From positions 32,001 through 96,000 of the IMG/VR virus record IMGVR_UViG_3300032249_000861: DNA of 64,000 bases. One strand, 5' to 3'. The translations under genes and the position numbers were made by a program. Source of the DNA: a virus. Shown here piece after piece: positions 9,227 to 22,200 of the stretch. The notes under the pieces were generated by a model that was not told the origin of the DNA, searched no databases, and saw nothing but the letters and a program-made list of their open reading frames with translations. How positions within the stretch are numbered: position 1 is the first letter of the stretch; the number at the start of each line of letters is the position of its first letter.

Positions 9227-10131
9227 AGACAAAGACTTTCAAAGCTACTATTGACGGTAAGGAAAGAGAATTTTTAGTTAAGACACCTTCTTTGACCGAT
9301 CAAAGAGAAGGACAAAAGGTTTATAACCAAGCTTTTACAGACGCTATTAAGAGCAAGAGTGTTGTTAGGGCTAAATTGGATGATCTATTAGAAGATCAAG
9401 GACTATGGAATGATGAGAAACAGGCTAAGTTCACAGCACTACAAAGAGAACTATTAGACGGCGAGAAAAAGCTAGCTAAGGGCGGGTTTAGTTTAAACGA
9501 AGCCAAAGACCTTGCTATTAAAATGAAGGGCGTGAGAGACGAAATCAGAGATCTAATCAGTGTTAGAACTTCTTTGGACAATCATAGTGCTGAAGGTCAA
9601 GCTGATAATGCTAGATTTAATTATCTTGTATCAGTATGTGTGGTGTATAGTGATAACAAAGAGCCATATTTTAGGAATATGGAAGATTATTTAAATCGAG
9701 CTACTGAAGAAGTTTCTTTATTGGGTGCTCAGAATTTGGCTAATATGATTTACGGATTGGATAATGACTATGAGACTAATTTGCCTGAAAATAAGTTTTT
9801 GAAAAAGTATAGGTTTGTTGATGACAAACTAAGACTAATTGACAAAAAGGGTAGATTAGTAGATGGTGATGGTAGACTAATTGATAGCAGTGGCAGATTT
9901 ATTGATGAAGAAGGCAATTTTGTTGATAAATATGGCAATAAGGTTACTTCAGACGGAGATTATATTGTTGAGCCACAACCGTTTTTGGACGACAATGGAA
10001 ATCCAGTTGTTCTAGAGGAAGAGAAAAAAGATGCACCAGCAAACACTGAGACACCACCAACACCTCTCCCAGTACAACCAGCAGCACCAGCACCAGAGGC
10101 TCAACCGCCAACTCCTCCAACTAATAGTTAG
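9223..10131 (+). CDS. putative tail assembly chaperone with DxxG beta-hairpin repeats and Pro-rich tail
   Basis: Last gene before the TMP; GGAG SD; 7-aa D-x-x-G-(R/N)-(L/F)-(I/V) repeats at about 9820-9960. Confidence 0.55.
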   Translation: MKTKTFKATIDGKEREFLVKTPSLTDQREGQKVYNQAFTDAIKSKSVVRAKLDDLLEDQGLWNDEKQAKFTALQRELLDGEKKLAKGGFSLNEAKDLAIKMKGVRDEIRDLISVRTSLDNHSAEGQADNARFNYLVSVCVVYSDNKEPYFRNMEDYLNRATEEVSLLGAQNLANMIYGLDNDYETNLPENKFLKKYRFVDDKLRLIDKKGRLVDGDGRLIDSSGRFIDEEGNFVDKYGNKVTSDGDYIVEPQPFLDDNGNPVVLEEEKKDAPANTETPPTPLPVQPAAPAPEAQPPTPPTNS

Positions 10132-10156
10132 TGTTTTTTGTTTTATCTTGATTCCT

Positions 10157-10203
10157 AAAAGTATTCCCTGCTCAGACATTGTTTTGGGCCGGGAATATTT
10201 TTT
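10157..10203. terminator. Rho-independent, possibly bidirectional terminator
   Basis: aaaagtattccc...gggaatatttttt inverted repeat with an inner gctcag/ttgggc stem; A-run before and T-run after. Confidence 0.75.
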
Positions 10204-10242
10204 ATTATTACCAATATCCATCTAACTTAATAATATAATTTT

Positions 10243-13200
10243 ATGGCTACAGCTTTTAATTTGACAGCACAACTTAATTTACGCGGTCCAAATAATGTTA
10301 ACAAGATTGTTGCAGACATTAAAAAGCAACTAACTGGTATAACTGCTAATGTTAATTTAAAACTAGACCCTAACGTTGCTAAAAATGTTAAAGCTATTGA
10401 TTATTCGCTAAAATCATTAAATGCTACATTATCTAAAACAACTACAAATGCTGGTTCCGCAGCAGCTGCTATAGCCGCTTTTGGTAAAGCTGTTAATGCT
10501 ATTAGTATAAAAAATGTATCGCCGCAAATTAATGCTGCTGTAGCCAGCATGAATAAGCTAAATAAGTCAAGCAGCAATGTTTCTCAGTCATTAACTGAAT
10601 CAGCAACAGAAATGCAAGAGTTTGGAAAACAAGCAGGATTAGCTATTAGACGTTTTGCGGCATTTAGTGCTGTTACTGGAGTTATCTATAGTTTAAGTAA
10701 TAGTATTACTCAAGGAATTCAAGCATATATAGATTATGATAAAGAACTAGTTCGTTTACAACAAGTTACAGGCGAGACCGCTGGAGGTCTACAATTACTA
10801 CAAGACTCAATTTCTCAACTAGCAACAGGTTTCGGCGTTAGCTCAAAAGAATTAACAACAGTATCAGTTACACTAGCACAGGCCGGTTTAAGTGCTAAAG
10901 ATACCGAAAGAGCCTTAAGAGCACTAGCATTAAGTTCATTGGCCCCATCGTTCGATGATATGAATGAAACTGTAGAAGGTTCTATTGCTTTGATGAGACA
11001 GTTTGGAATTAGTGCTGGACAACTAGAACCAGCTTTAGGTTCCATCAATGCTGTTGCTGCTGCGTTTGCTGTAGAAGCCGATGACTTAATTACTGCTATT
11101 CAACGTACCGGTGGTGTATTCGCCACTGCTAGTAAAGGCGTTAGTGAGGGAACAGATGCTCTTAATGAGTTCATTGCTGTATTTACTAGTGTTAGAGCAA
11201 CTACTCGTGAAAGCGCAGAAACTATTGCTACTGGTTTACGTACTATTTTTACACGTATTCAACGAGGAAGCACCATTGATGCTCTCAAAGAATTCGGCGT
11301 TACTTTAACAGACTCAGAAGGTAAATTTGTTGGAGCGTATAAAGCTGTTCAGTTATTAAGTGAAGGACTGTCTAAAATAGACACAAGAGATATTAAATTC
11401 TCTAGAATAGTAGAAGAGCTTGGTGGTTTTAGACAGATTGGTAAGGTTATTCCTCTTATTCAACAATTCTCTGTTGCACAAAATGCTCTTAAGATAGCTC
11501 AAACAGGACAATCTTCTTTGGCTAAAGACGCATCAACAGCGCAACTATCATTAGCAAATCAAATTCAAAAAGTTCGTGAAGAATTCTTCGCACTATTCCG
11601 TGAAATTGGACAAAGTAAAGGATTCCAGTCATTGCTTACTGGGGTATTAACATTAACAAGAGGTCTAATTAAGCTTGCTGATGTCTCTAAGAGCCTACTT
11701 CCTGCATTAAGTGTTGTACTAGCGTTTAAAGGAGCTAGTGCTTTAACTCAGTTTGCTAGTGGTTTCAGTAAAGGCTTTAGACCTGGCGGCGGCAAACCAG
11801 AAAAAGAAAGACCGCGATTTGCAGATGGTGGACAAGTTAGATACTATGCTAAGGGAGGACATGTTGCTGGTAGTGGAAATTCTGATACGATACCCGCCAT
11901 GCTAACTCCTGGCGAGTTTGTCATAAATAAAAAAGCCGCACGAGCTGTCGGCTCTAAGAATTTAAATAGGATTAATAGATATGCTTCTGGTGGTAAAGTT
12001 AAAGATTTAGTTAATGATCCTAATGGTAAAAAATCTCTTAAAAAGGTCTATGATATAAATAAAGATTTTGATAGTTATGAAGATCCTACAATAGATAGAG
12101 TAGACCTCGACAAAACATATGATCAGTATACACAACAATCTAAACAGATTTGGTTAGAGGCTAATAAAAAATACAAACAAGATTTAGCTCAAGGATACAA
12201 ACCCCAAAAAGGAGACGTCCCCCAATTAGCAAATGCATATATAAAAAGAGAAACTGGTGGACTAGCTCAGAATCTTGGATTCAAAGAACTAAGAGAGCCT
12301 CAGACGGCTAAAAAATTAAATAAAATTCGTGGAGCTTTAGCTGAAAATGAAGTTAAGAAAAGATATAAATTAGGAAATCCTCTCGCTTTACAAGATGGGG
12401 CTGATTTTTATGATGCTAAAAATGACAGATTCGTAGAAATCAAAAATCAGAAAAAACAATTAAAAGATTCTACTCTGATATCAAAAACATTGCTAGCATT
12501 TGCTGCGAGAAAAGGAAACAAGTTAAATAATCAACCAGATTATGTTCCTAGTTTAAAAATTCTTGCTGTTGAAGCTCCAAGCCCAGACAAATATGATGAA
12601 TTTGAAGAAAAAAAACTTGGCGGACCAATTAATAAAAGAGTTAAACAAGCTGTTGACTTCAAGAACCTGCACAAGATTAATGGGTATGCTAAAGGTGGGC
12701 CTATTGCAGCAAATATTACTGATACTACAACAAGCGATGGAGATACATTAAATGTAAATTTTACACCAGAACAAAAACCATTTAATACTTTGAGCAGATT
12801 AGAAAATTGGGATGCTTTTGAAACAGATGATGTTCAAGGTTTCAAAATACCCGAATGGCAAAGAAAATTGGGTAGAGCGGCAGCGAAGGTTACTTCTGAA
12901 GAATACAATAAACAAGATGACAAAGCTTTGAAAGCGTTTAGGTCGTCAAACGGAGCTATGGATAATTATGGTCGCCCAATGTTTAAAGATGATAATTTGG
13001 GGTCAAAATTAAAAAACTTAGGATTAGCTATGCCATATAAAGGTAAAGGCAAAGCTCCTACCAAACAGCTATCAACATGGGGAGACTATAGAAATATTTT
13101 TGGATATGCTCCTTCACAAGCACCAGGATTACAAGGAGAAGAGATATCAGAAGATAAGGCTGTAAAAAAAGCTTTGGGAGGAATGATTCAAAAGTTTGAA

Positions 13201-16200
13201 GAAGGTGGAGTAGCTCAAAGAAAAGTTGGATATATTGATTATGATGTTATAGCTAATGAAGCTAATAAAGATATTGTAGAAAAAGGAATGAAAGAAACAG
13301 GATCTGATGGTCCTAGAATCTATTCAGACTATCTTACCAAATTAGCTGTTAATGCTAGGAAATCTTCTAGTATTCAAAAACTAAGAGCAATCTATGGTGT
13401 TGCTGGTAGTGGTAAAACAACACTAGCTCGCGGTCAAGGAACAGATAATGCTAGACTAAGAAAGACAGAAAGATTTCCAATTCTTAGTCCAGAAGATATT
13501 CAAAAAGCTACTGAAATATTAATCCTAACTAGTAGTGTAAGTCAAACTAAAATGGATGATTTCTTTGGTGATGTTGATAGAGCATATACATTAAGTTCGA
13601 CTACTGATGCAGAAAGAAGCAGAGTAAGGGATCAAAGAGGATCAAGAGATGTTACGGGGATTGGTTTAGAGGGTCGTCAGCCAGGAACTACTATGGGCGT
13701 TTCAGCAGATACTGCTGTTGGAGAGGCTTTATTATCAGATAAACTAGGAGCTAAATCTACAGTATTAGGAAGAAGTGGCTCTGGTAGACTAAGAAGAAAG
13801 AGCGGAAATGAATTAGTAGACATTGTCAAGAAGAGAATTGGTTTTACATGGGGTGGATTTGCCCCAACAACAGCTGGTCATGAATCAATTATGGATGCTG
13901 CTGCTGCTATGGGTATTCCTCCAGAAGACTTTATAGCACTAGTTGGAGCTAACGAAGCCGTAGACGCATCATCTTATCGCACAGCAATATTTGATCAAGA
14001 TTCCAGAGTATTGCTAGCCAAGGCTGGTTTTGGAGCAAAAGGAGCTACTGTACTTCCCAAGCCAAGAGATTTTGAAGTTCCTCAAGGTTTTGATATAACT
14101 CAACAGGGTTCTGATAGAAGACAAGTACTAATTCCCAGCCAAGGTAGTACAGCATTTGTTGCAGATAAAACAGAAGACCAGACAGCAAAATATAGACAAG
14201 CTGGATATGATGTTAAGAACATAGAACGAACCGGTGGTATTAGTGGCACAATGGTTAGAGATTTAATTATAGCTGGAGATATGGCTAAACTTCAATCAGT
14301 ATTGTCTCCTGGCGTATATGATCTTGTCTCGAATAACATAGGAAGAATACAAAATAGAGCTAGTGTTTTACCATCTCTTATAGAACAAGCTCAAAAAGAA
14401 GCACAAGCTGAAATGGGTCAGGTGGATCAACAGATAGAAGCTCTTGGAATCAAGAGAATAGATTCTAAAAAGTTGGAGAGTGACCCAGAATATGCAGCTA
14501 AAGTAGAAGTTCTTAAAGAGTTAAGAGCTAAAAAACAAAAGATCAAATCAGCTGCGGGATTCACCCCATATAAATTATTAGATGCTTTAGCCGAAAAAGA
14601 TCCGCAAAATTATGCATTGGACTTCTCCACATCATCTAACCTGGGTAATGTTCCAGACATGAGGGTCATGGGACAAAACTCACAAGCTTCAATACCAGCT
14701 GGTAGAGTTGCTCAATTAGCTCAAGAAAAAAATAAAAGTATTCAAGACGTTATACTAGAACAGCTAGGCGGATTGGGTGGTCCTGCTGGAGTTAAAAAAA
14801 TACTTGGCATAGGTAGTGGAGATAGAACATTAAGCTCATTATTACAAGCAGGAAATATTAAGGGAGGTAAAGGTCTAGACGAAGCAGCAGACTATGTTAA
14901 CAGAGCTTTAGCCGCTAGGGGTATAAGAGATGCTGCAGAAGCCAAAAGATTAGAGGAGTATCAAGCTAAGGCTCTTCATTTTGGTATTGCTGGTTTATTG
15001 CCAATGGATTACTCAAAAGAATTCGAATGGGATATTGGCGGTACCGATGTTTACGCTACTGCCAGAGGTTTTGGTAGTACGTATTTGGAAGAAGCAAAAC
15101 AAATGCAGAAGGAGTCATCAGAACTAGCTCAAAGATTTGCAGAAAATGTGCAAAATAAAAATATCTTTGGTGGTGGTGAAAAATTGGCTTTTGATTTTGA
15201 CAAAACATTAGTTGAGGATGCAGATATTCTTGATGCTAAGGGCAAGCCAGATATTGCAAAATATTCAAATAGAGAGGCTGTACAAGAAGCTCTCAAAAGT
15301 GCAAGACCAACCAGACTAGCAACTAAATTAAAATCACTCATAGAGCAAGATCCCCCATTTATTAAGAAAACCAGAATACTAACAGCTAGGCCACAAAGCA
15401 CAGCAGACCTTCTTGCACAATCATTACAAAGCTTTGGTCTTCCCTATGCCGAAACAGATATTACTGGAGTTAGTGGTGGCGTTAGTAGCAATATTCCTGC
15501 ATTAAAAGCTGCTAATTTACAGAAAGAAGAGAAACTTATTGATGATAGTTTAGATAATATTATGGCTGTTCGTAAAGCTGGTAAAAAAGGATTTCAATAT
15601 ACTGAACCCAAATCCACAACATCAGAACTAGACGAAAAAATGGGTCAGGGTAATATCGAGGGTGCTATAATAGAAAAAGCTTTGGCTGTTTTGGGTGCTC
15701 CAGTAAGGCCGGATGCTAAACAAAATAGAGCCATAGACTATCCAGACGGTTTAGGTAGTGCATCTCAATTCTTTCCTGGTATTGATCCTGGTATTCCAAC
15801 AGAAGTTAAAAGAACAATTGACGGTAGTAGTTTAGAGAAAGTTAGAGAAGAGATTGGAAGATACATAACAGGAGGAGCCCAAGCTGTTAAATTAGCTAGA
15901 GGTGGAGCCGTTCAAAGCTTTATGGCCGGTGGAGCAGCAACCAAAACCAGAAAAACAAAAGAGCCTTTCGGAACTGGTGAAACAGAATTTCCAACAAGAA
16001 TATCAAAAAAATATGCCGAAGAACAAAAAACTGCTGATGAATTTGCTAAATCTAAATTAGCATGGGATAAGTATCCTAAAGACGAAAGAATAATGGTTGA
16101 CGATACAAAAGTGCAAGAAGCTTATCAGCAACCATTCGATAGAGAAAGATTTGCTTCATCATTCAAAGAAAAAATTAGTCGCGACTCACTATTCCAAAGA

Positions 16201-19200
16201 ATGTCAGATTTTGCTAAGTTTGTAGGACTTCCAGAAGAAGACCTATCAGTAGCATTACCCCTACAATTAGATTTCGGCGCTAGCAAAAGAGGCGGTGGTC
16301 TAGGCATGTTCGCTGCTGCTCAATTTGAAAAAGGAGCAACCGGAATTAGGCCATATGAAGGCTATGATTTATCTAAATTTGGATATGGAGAAAAACAAAA
16401 ACAAGAAGCTTATGGATTAGAGAAGCTTATAACAGCAAAAGAAAAAGAAATAGCAAAGATTAGAAAAACACCAACTGAAACTTATGATGATGGTAGTTTC
16501 TCTTTTGATAGTGAAGCATTCCAGAAAACCAGTATTGAGTTAGATAGCCTTAAAAATAGATTATTTAAACTAAAAGATTTAAAACGTGACGCAGAAAAAG
16601 CGGCACTGTCTGAGCAAAATACTACTTCATCAGCTGCCGGTCGAGGAACTATCAGCTTTGCTTCTTCTATGGGTTACTCTAGCGATACCAAGAACAGCAC
16701 CCTATACCACGAAATGACTCATCAGCTATTTCAAGGACTAAGAACAAAATCAGCAGGGAGTTTTGATAAATATCGAGATAGAGTATCGTCATTATTTTCT
16801 GGAGATAATGATGATTTAGCAGACGCTTTTGACTCCTTAACGGCTGGGGGCGGATATTCTAGTGCTGATGTTGTATATGGTAGAAGCTATAAGTCAAATA
16901 ACTTAAGTCAAATACTTTCGAGCTATTATCGTCAGAATCTTGATTTTTCTAGAAGTGCTGCTACTATTCCCCAAGATACGACAAAAAATCTTGCTAGTTT
17001 AAGTACCCAAAGCACAGCCGCCAAAAGAGCCAGAGAGTATAGACCAATAAATCCTAGAGTTAACGAAGCTTTACTTCAAGCTGGCGATAAGTTTGGAATG
17101 ACTCAAGAGAAGATTGATAGAATGGAAGATAATGGTAAAGAAGAGTTCTTAACAACCTTAATGGAAAAAGCCCCTCAGCTTGATCAAAATTTACAAGGAA
17201 TTTTAGACTCTACTTTAACAGAACTATTGAGTGGAGCTGGAATTCAGAGACAAAAATATGCAGCAGGAAGAAAAGTAGATTACGAATCTGGTGTTGGAGT
17301 ATCACCATTCGGAGGTTCGATATCAAAAAGATTAAGCGAGTCAGTTTATAATCTGCAAAAGGGTACCGGACTAAGTGATCCAGAATTCAATGAGATCAAA
17401 AAGACAGCAGATACATACGGATATAATGAAGAAGAATTTAAAGAATATTTAGCAAAAAGAATACAAGAGAAAAAGAATAAACAGGGACTAAGAGCCAGTC
17501 CATCAGCCTTGGCACAGCAGTTGATGCAACAAAAAACAGTATCAACACCCAAACAGCTAGCATTAGCAGAAACACTAAAGGGTGAGCCAGATGCTGGTTA
17601 TAGACCCATACCAACAGCAGCCGAAAGAATAGCTTCAGATCGAATGGCTGTTCAGAATGCCACAAGAAGATTTGCTAGTGGAGGCACTGTCTCGGCTTTA
17701 GTTAGTAACGGCGAAGCTTATGTTCCGCCAAAAATAGCCAAGAGAATTGGTTATGGTAATCTTAATCGTATGAATCAAGCTGATCGTAACGGGATGAGCA
17801 AGTTCTCTAGCGGTGGTATTAGTGTGTTTAAAGGTCCTGGGACTGGCACTAGTGACAGTATTCCTGCTAATTTACCAGTTGGTAGTTTTATTATTAGAGA
17901 AAAGGCTACGAAGGCTTTAGGTCTTAATAAGGGAGGTGCTGTACCAGCACAAAGATTTGCTACTGGGGGTAGCGTAACAAGCATGATTATGGAATGGTTG
18001 TCATCAGACATGACTGCTGGGACTAAGCCTAAAATGCCTCAAAGACCTGATATTGTTAGTAGGGCTACTGTTACAGCTTCTTCTGATACAACAAAAGAGT
18101 TGGATAATCTAGTTAAATCTCTTAATGCTGTCGGGTTTAGTGCAAAAGAATCTGCAGACATATTGAATAGGGGCGGGCAGGTTAGTTATAAAACTATAGA
18201 AAAAGCTTTGGTTAAAGATATTGAGAGATTAAAAAAATCTACAGCAGGTATAGATCAAATTACTCAAGCAGAAACAACTTTAGCAAGAATTCGTAATCAG
18301 ACAAAAAAAGATGTTGGTAGTAAACAAAAAATGGAGGAAGCTTTCAGAGGATCAGGAAGATCATCCGGCTCTGTGCAGCAAGAAATTTATTCTACAGCCA
18401 TGTCTATGGGCGAACAGAATATAGAAGCAAAAGAAGCTGCGAGAAGAAAGAAAATACCACAAATAGAAAAAAGAGAAAGAAAAAAGCTTATAGAAAGTAA
18501 GCGAGAAGATTTTATTGAGAAAGAATATAAAAATCAAGTAGCTAAAGAACAAAAAACTAAAGGTAGAAAATTAACAAGTACAGAAAAAGATAAAGTTAGA
18601 TCTGATGCAGAGCTTAAGGGAAATACAAAAACTTTTAAATTAACTACAGAAGAAAAAACCAATGTTAAAGCAACAGCACAAGCCAAAACCACATTATCTG
18701 CTGAAGAAAGAACAAAAGAATACAATAAAGCAGCGTTAAGGGCGACAACCTCGGTTACAGGAGCAAGTAAATCAGAATTAGCAGCTAAAAACGTTAAAGG
18801 TTCTGATATCTTAAGATATGCTCAAGAGAGTATGAGAGATCGTAAAACCCTAGCCGAAATGGATAAACAGTTTGTGGCTATGGCAATGGATGAGTATAAA
18901 AATCGTGGCACTGTAAATGGTATAGTTGTTAAGAGTGCGGCTGAAGCTAAAAAAGCTGCTGAAGAGGAGATCTCAAAGAGAAGAGAAGCTATTAATGCGA
19001 GAGCTTCACAGAATGGAGAAAAAGGAGTCGGTGCTGCTGGGTTGAGAGACTATAGAAATAGTCCCATACTTAATCAGATAAAGGGATTTATAAAATCTCC
19101 TGGAAGAGTAATGGGTGGAGTGTCTGTTGCTGCTGGGCTAGCTGCTGGCTCTTCCGATATGATTGCTAAAAATATGTATGATATGAGTACAACAGAGGGC

Positions 19201-22200
19201 CAAGGGAAAGCTGCTAAAACTTCTGCAGCTATTCAGTCTTCTGGTACTATTCTTAGTACTGGATTAGCAGCAGCATCACAGATGGCAACCATACCAGTTA
19301 TTGGTCCTTATGTTGCTGCTCTTACTGCTGTGGGAACAGCTGCTGCAGCTGCTGCTGATTATTTTTATGATTTTACAGGAGCTCAAAAGGCTGCTACTGT
19401 AGAATTCGAAAGATCAGTAAGGGCCAAAGAAATTGGAATTGCTATGGATGGTTTAGATAGAGCATTCCAAAATTTTGAAAAAGACATGGGTAATATTGAT
19501 TTACAAAACGCTTTAGAAAAATCCCTCGGCGGCGCATCCTCTTTGCAAATTAAAGATAATATGGCAGAAAGAGACAATGCTAAAGCAGAGTTCTCTTTAA
19601 AGAATAGAAGTTGGTCGGATATTTTTAGTGGAAACTTCAAAGGTTCCGCCAAGATGGACGCTCTTCAGCAAGGTGCTATGGATAGTGAAATGTCTCAAAA
19701 GATAACACCAATAGCAGATAAGGCTATGTCGTTATATGAGAAACAAATTAGTAGCGGTAAGAGTATACAAGATATTGTTAATAATGTTCGTACAGGAAAT
19801 AAAGAGGCTGGAGCTGCTGGTTTTGCTGTTGCTGCAAGTGTAAATCCCAAGTTGTGGTCAGAGTTAGAAGCCAAGATAGCAAAATCAGGAGATACTTCAG
19901 AGCAGAATAGAGAAAAAATTCAAAAAGAAATAGCTGCTAGAGAATTACTGACCAATGTTCAATTACAGTCAATTGAAAGAATGGCTAAACTAAATAAAGA
20001 GATGGATGCTGCTGATAGAGCTGGTCGCAGATTGGCTGAAACTTTTGAACACATAGGTGAAACTATTGATCAGTCAATTCAGAGAATGCAAAGAGAGTCG
20101 CAAATTCGTCAAGCTCAAGCTAACGACAGAGTAGAAGCTAGAAGAGGAAATGCTGGTTTTGATGAGAGGGCTGTTAATAACAGAAATGTTGGAGTACTAA
20201 CCAGTCCAAAAGCATATCAAAATGATCCTGGGCGCATAGAAGAAGCTATCAGAGCAGGAACTACCGGCATGTCCCCGGAACTTGCTCAAAAAATGGCTGG
20301 TGGAGCTAGATTAGAAGCTACTTTACCTAATGTGATGAGAAATGCAGTATCTTCAGAGCTTAAAACAAATGCCAATTTAGATCTTGCTGAAGCAGCAGAT
20401 GCCGCCAGGAAAAAAGGAACAGAAGCTATTCAAAGGTCTGGATTATCAGAAGCTGACCAAAAAGTTGCTATAGATAAATTAAACACAAAATTAAATAGTG
20501 AACAAGAAAAAGCACAAAAAGAAGGAGGAGATAGTCCAAGACAGAAAGTTGACTTTTTTATTGATTCTGTTAGTGAGCTTGGTCCAGAAATAGCTAATAT
20601 ATTTGGTAATGCTGGTAAGAGACTAGATGATATTATTCAAGCCAGACAAGGAATCTATGATACTTTTGCAAAGAATCTTCAAGCCGCCTCAGAAGCTGCT
20701 AAAAAAGCACGAGAATTTTTCAGTAAAGCAAGAGACATAAGATATAATGCTGGAATGGATTTGAGAGAAGCTCAAACGGGCGTAGGAGAAAGTTATGCTG
20801 AAGCAAAAGCTAAATCTGATAGTAGTATTGCACGATTAACTGGCGGGGTTACCGATCCTCAAGCTATTGGTAGAAATATTGATGCTTTAACGGCTCGTCG
20901 TGATCAGCAAATGAAAGCTAGAGATGCCGCAGCATCTGATCCAAATCTAACTCCAAAACAACAAGAAGATGCGGCCATAAAATTTGCTAAAGATATTCAA
21001 GCTACTAATAATGCTTTAAACGATAATAGAGAAGCACTAGATAAGCTAGCTAATAGTGCTGAAGTAGCACAAAAAGCTTTAGACGAAGTTAAGAACATTA
21101 GAGGACTACAACAAGATAGAGAGAACTTTGTTAATCAATTACTAACAAATACTCCAGCAGAAGCAGACAAACTTAATCAATCATTTATTAGACTTCAGCG
21201 TAACTTGTCTGGTGGGTTAAATAATGCTTCTAATCAAAGAGATGCCCGAAATGCTTTTAATGATACGTTACGTCGTACAGGTAATCTAAGAGAAGCTACT
21301 CGCGCTGGAAATACTGTATTAGCAGATCAAAGAAAACAAACCCTACAGCTGATGCAAGATCCTGGATTTAGGGGTATGATGACCCTTAATATGAAAAATC
21401 AGGGAATGAATGATCAACAGATAGATAAGAAATTCAGAGATCAAGAGAGTATGCTGATGCAGCAGATGGCTGTTGAAAGTGGAATGATCAATAATCCAAT
21501 GGTCAGACAAGCACTAGCCGCAAAACAAGATCCTAATGCTGATCCTGCCATGAAACGTGCTGCTGAACAATTTTTACAGTCAACGGGCTTACAGGCAAAA
21601 GCTACTGAGGAGCAAGGTCGATTAGAATTAGCTAATGTGCAAAGCTTATTAATAACATCTACTGATGATTTAAGAACGTCTATAGATGCTTTAACAACAA
21701 GTATTAATGCTTCGTTAGGTCCAGACGGAGAAAGAGTTCCTGGCGCTGTTGGGCCTATGGTGCCTGTTCCAGCCGGGGCCAGAGGAGCAGGTCCTATTGG
21801 ACGTCCTATTAGACGAGCTACTGGTGGTAAAGTCAATACTCAATATGCTAGTACTGGTAAATTAATAGACTTTTCTCCCAAGGGTACCGACACTGTTCCC
21901 GCCATGTTAACCCCCGGTGAATTTGTTGTTAATGCCAAAGCAACGGCAGACAATTACCCACTGCTAAAAGCTATTAATAATGGAACTAATCTAGTTGGTA
22001 ATACGGCTATGATGAGTAAGGGTGGAGTTGTTTATTTAGATAATGGCGGATTAATAGATGAGTTTAGAAGAATAGATTCTAATAGTTCCAACTTTTTAGA
22101 AGTTGGTGAAATAGATCTTAAAATGATGCAATTATTAGATACAGATAAAGATAATAAAGTTTCATTTAGAGAATATTCTGCAAGAGCAAAGAGCGGTGGT

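Noticed and set aside
8860-9230. Programmed -1 frameshift in the chaperone region
   Set aside because: No canonical X XXY YYZ heptamer near the ORF ends (caaaaag has only five As), and each ORF has its own SD and start.
4085-10131. Contractile injection system or tailocin, suggested by multiple tube genes
   Set aside because: No sheath, baseplate wedge or VgrG/PAAR genes were recognised; the TP901-type TMP and connector-like genes fit a phage tail.
10132-10242. tRNA or structured ncRNA
   Set aside because: Only a single hairpin with flanking A and T tracts is present, which a terminator explains.
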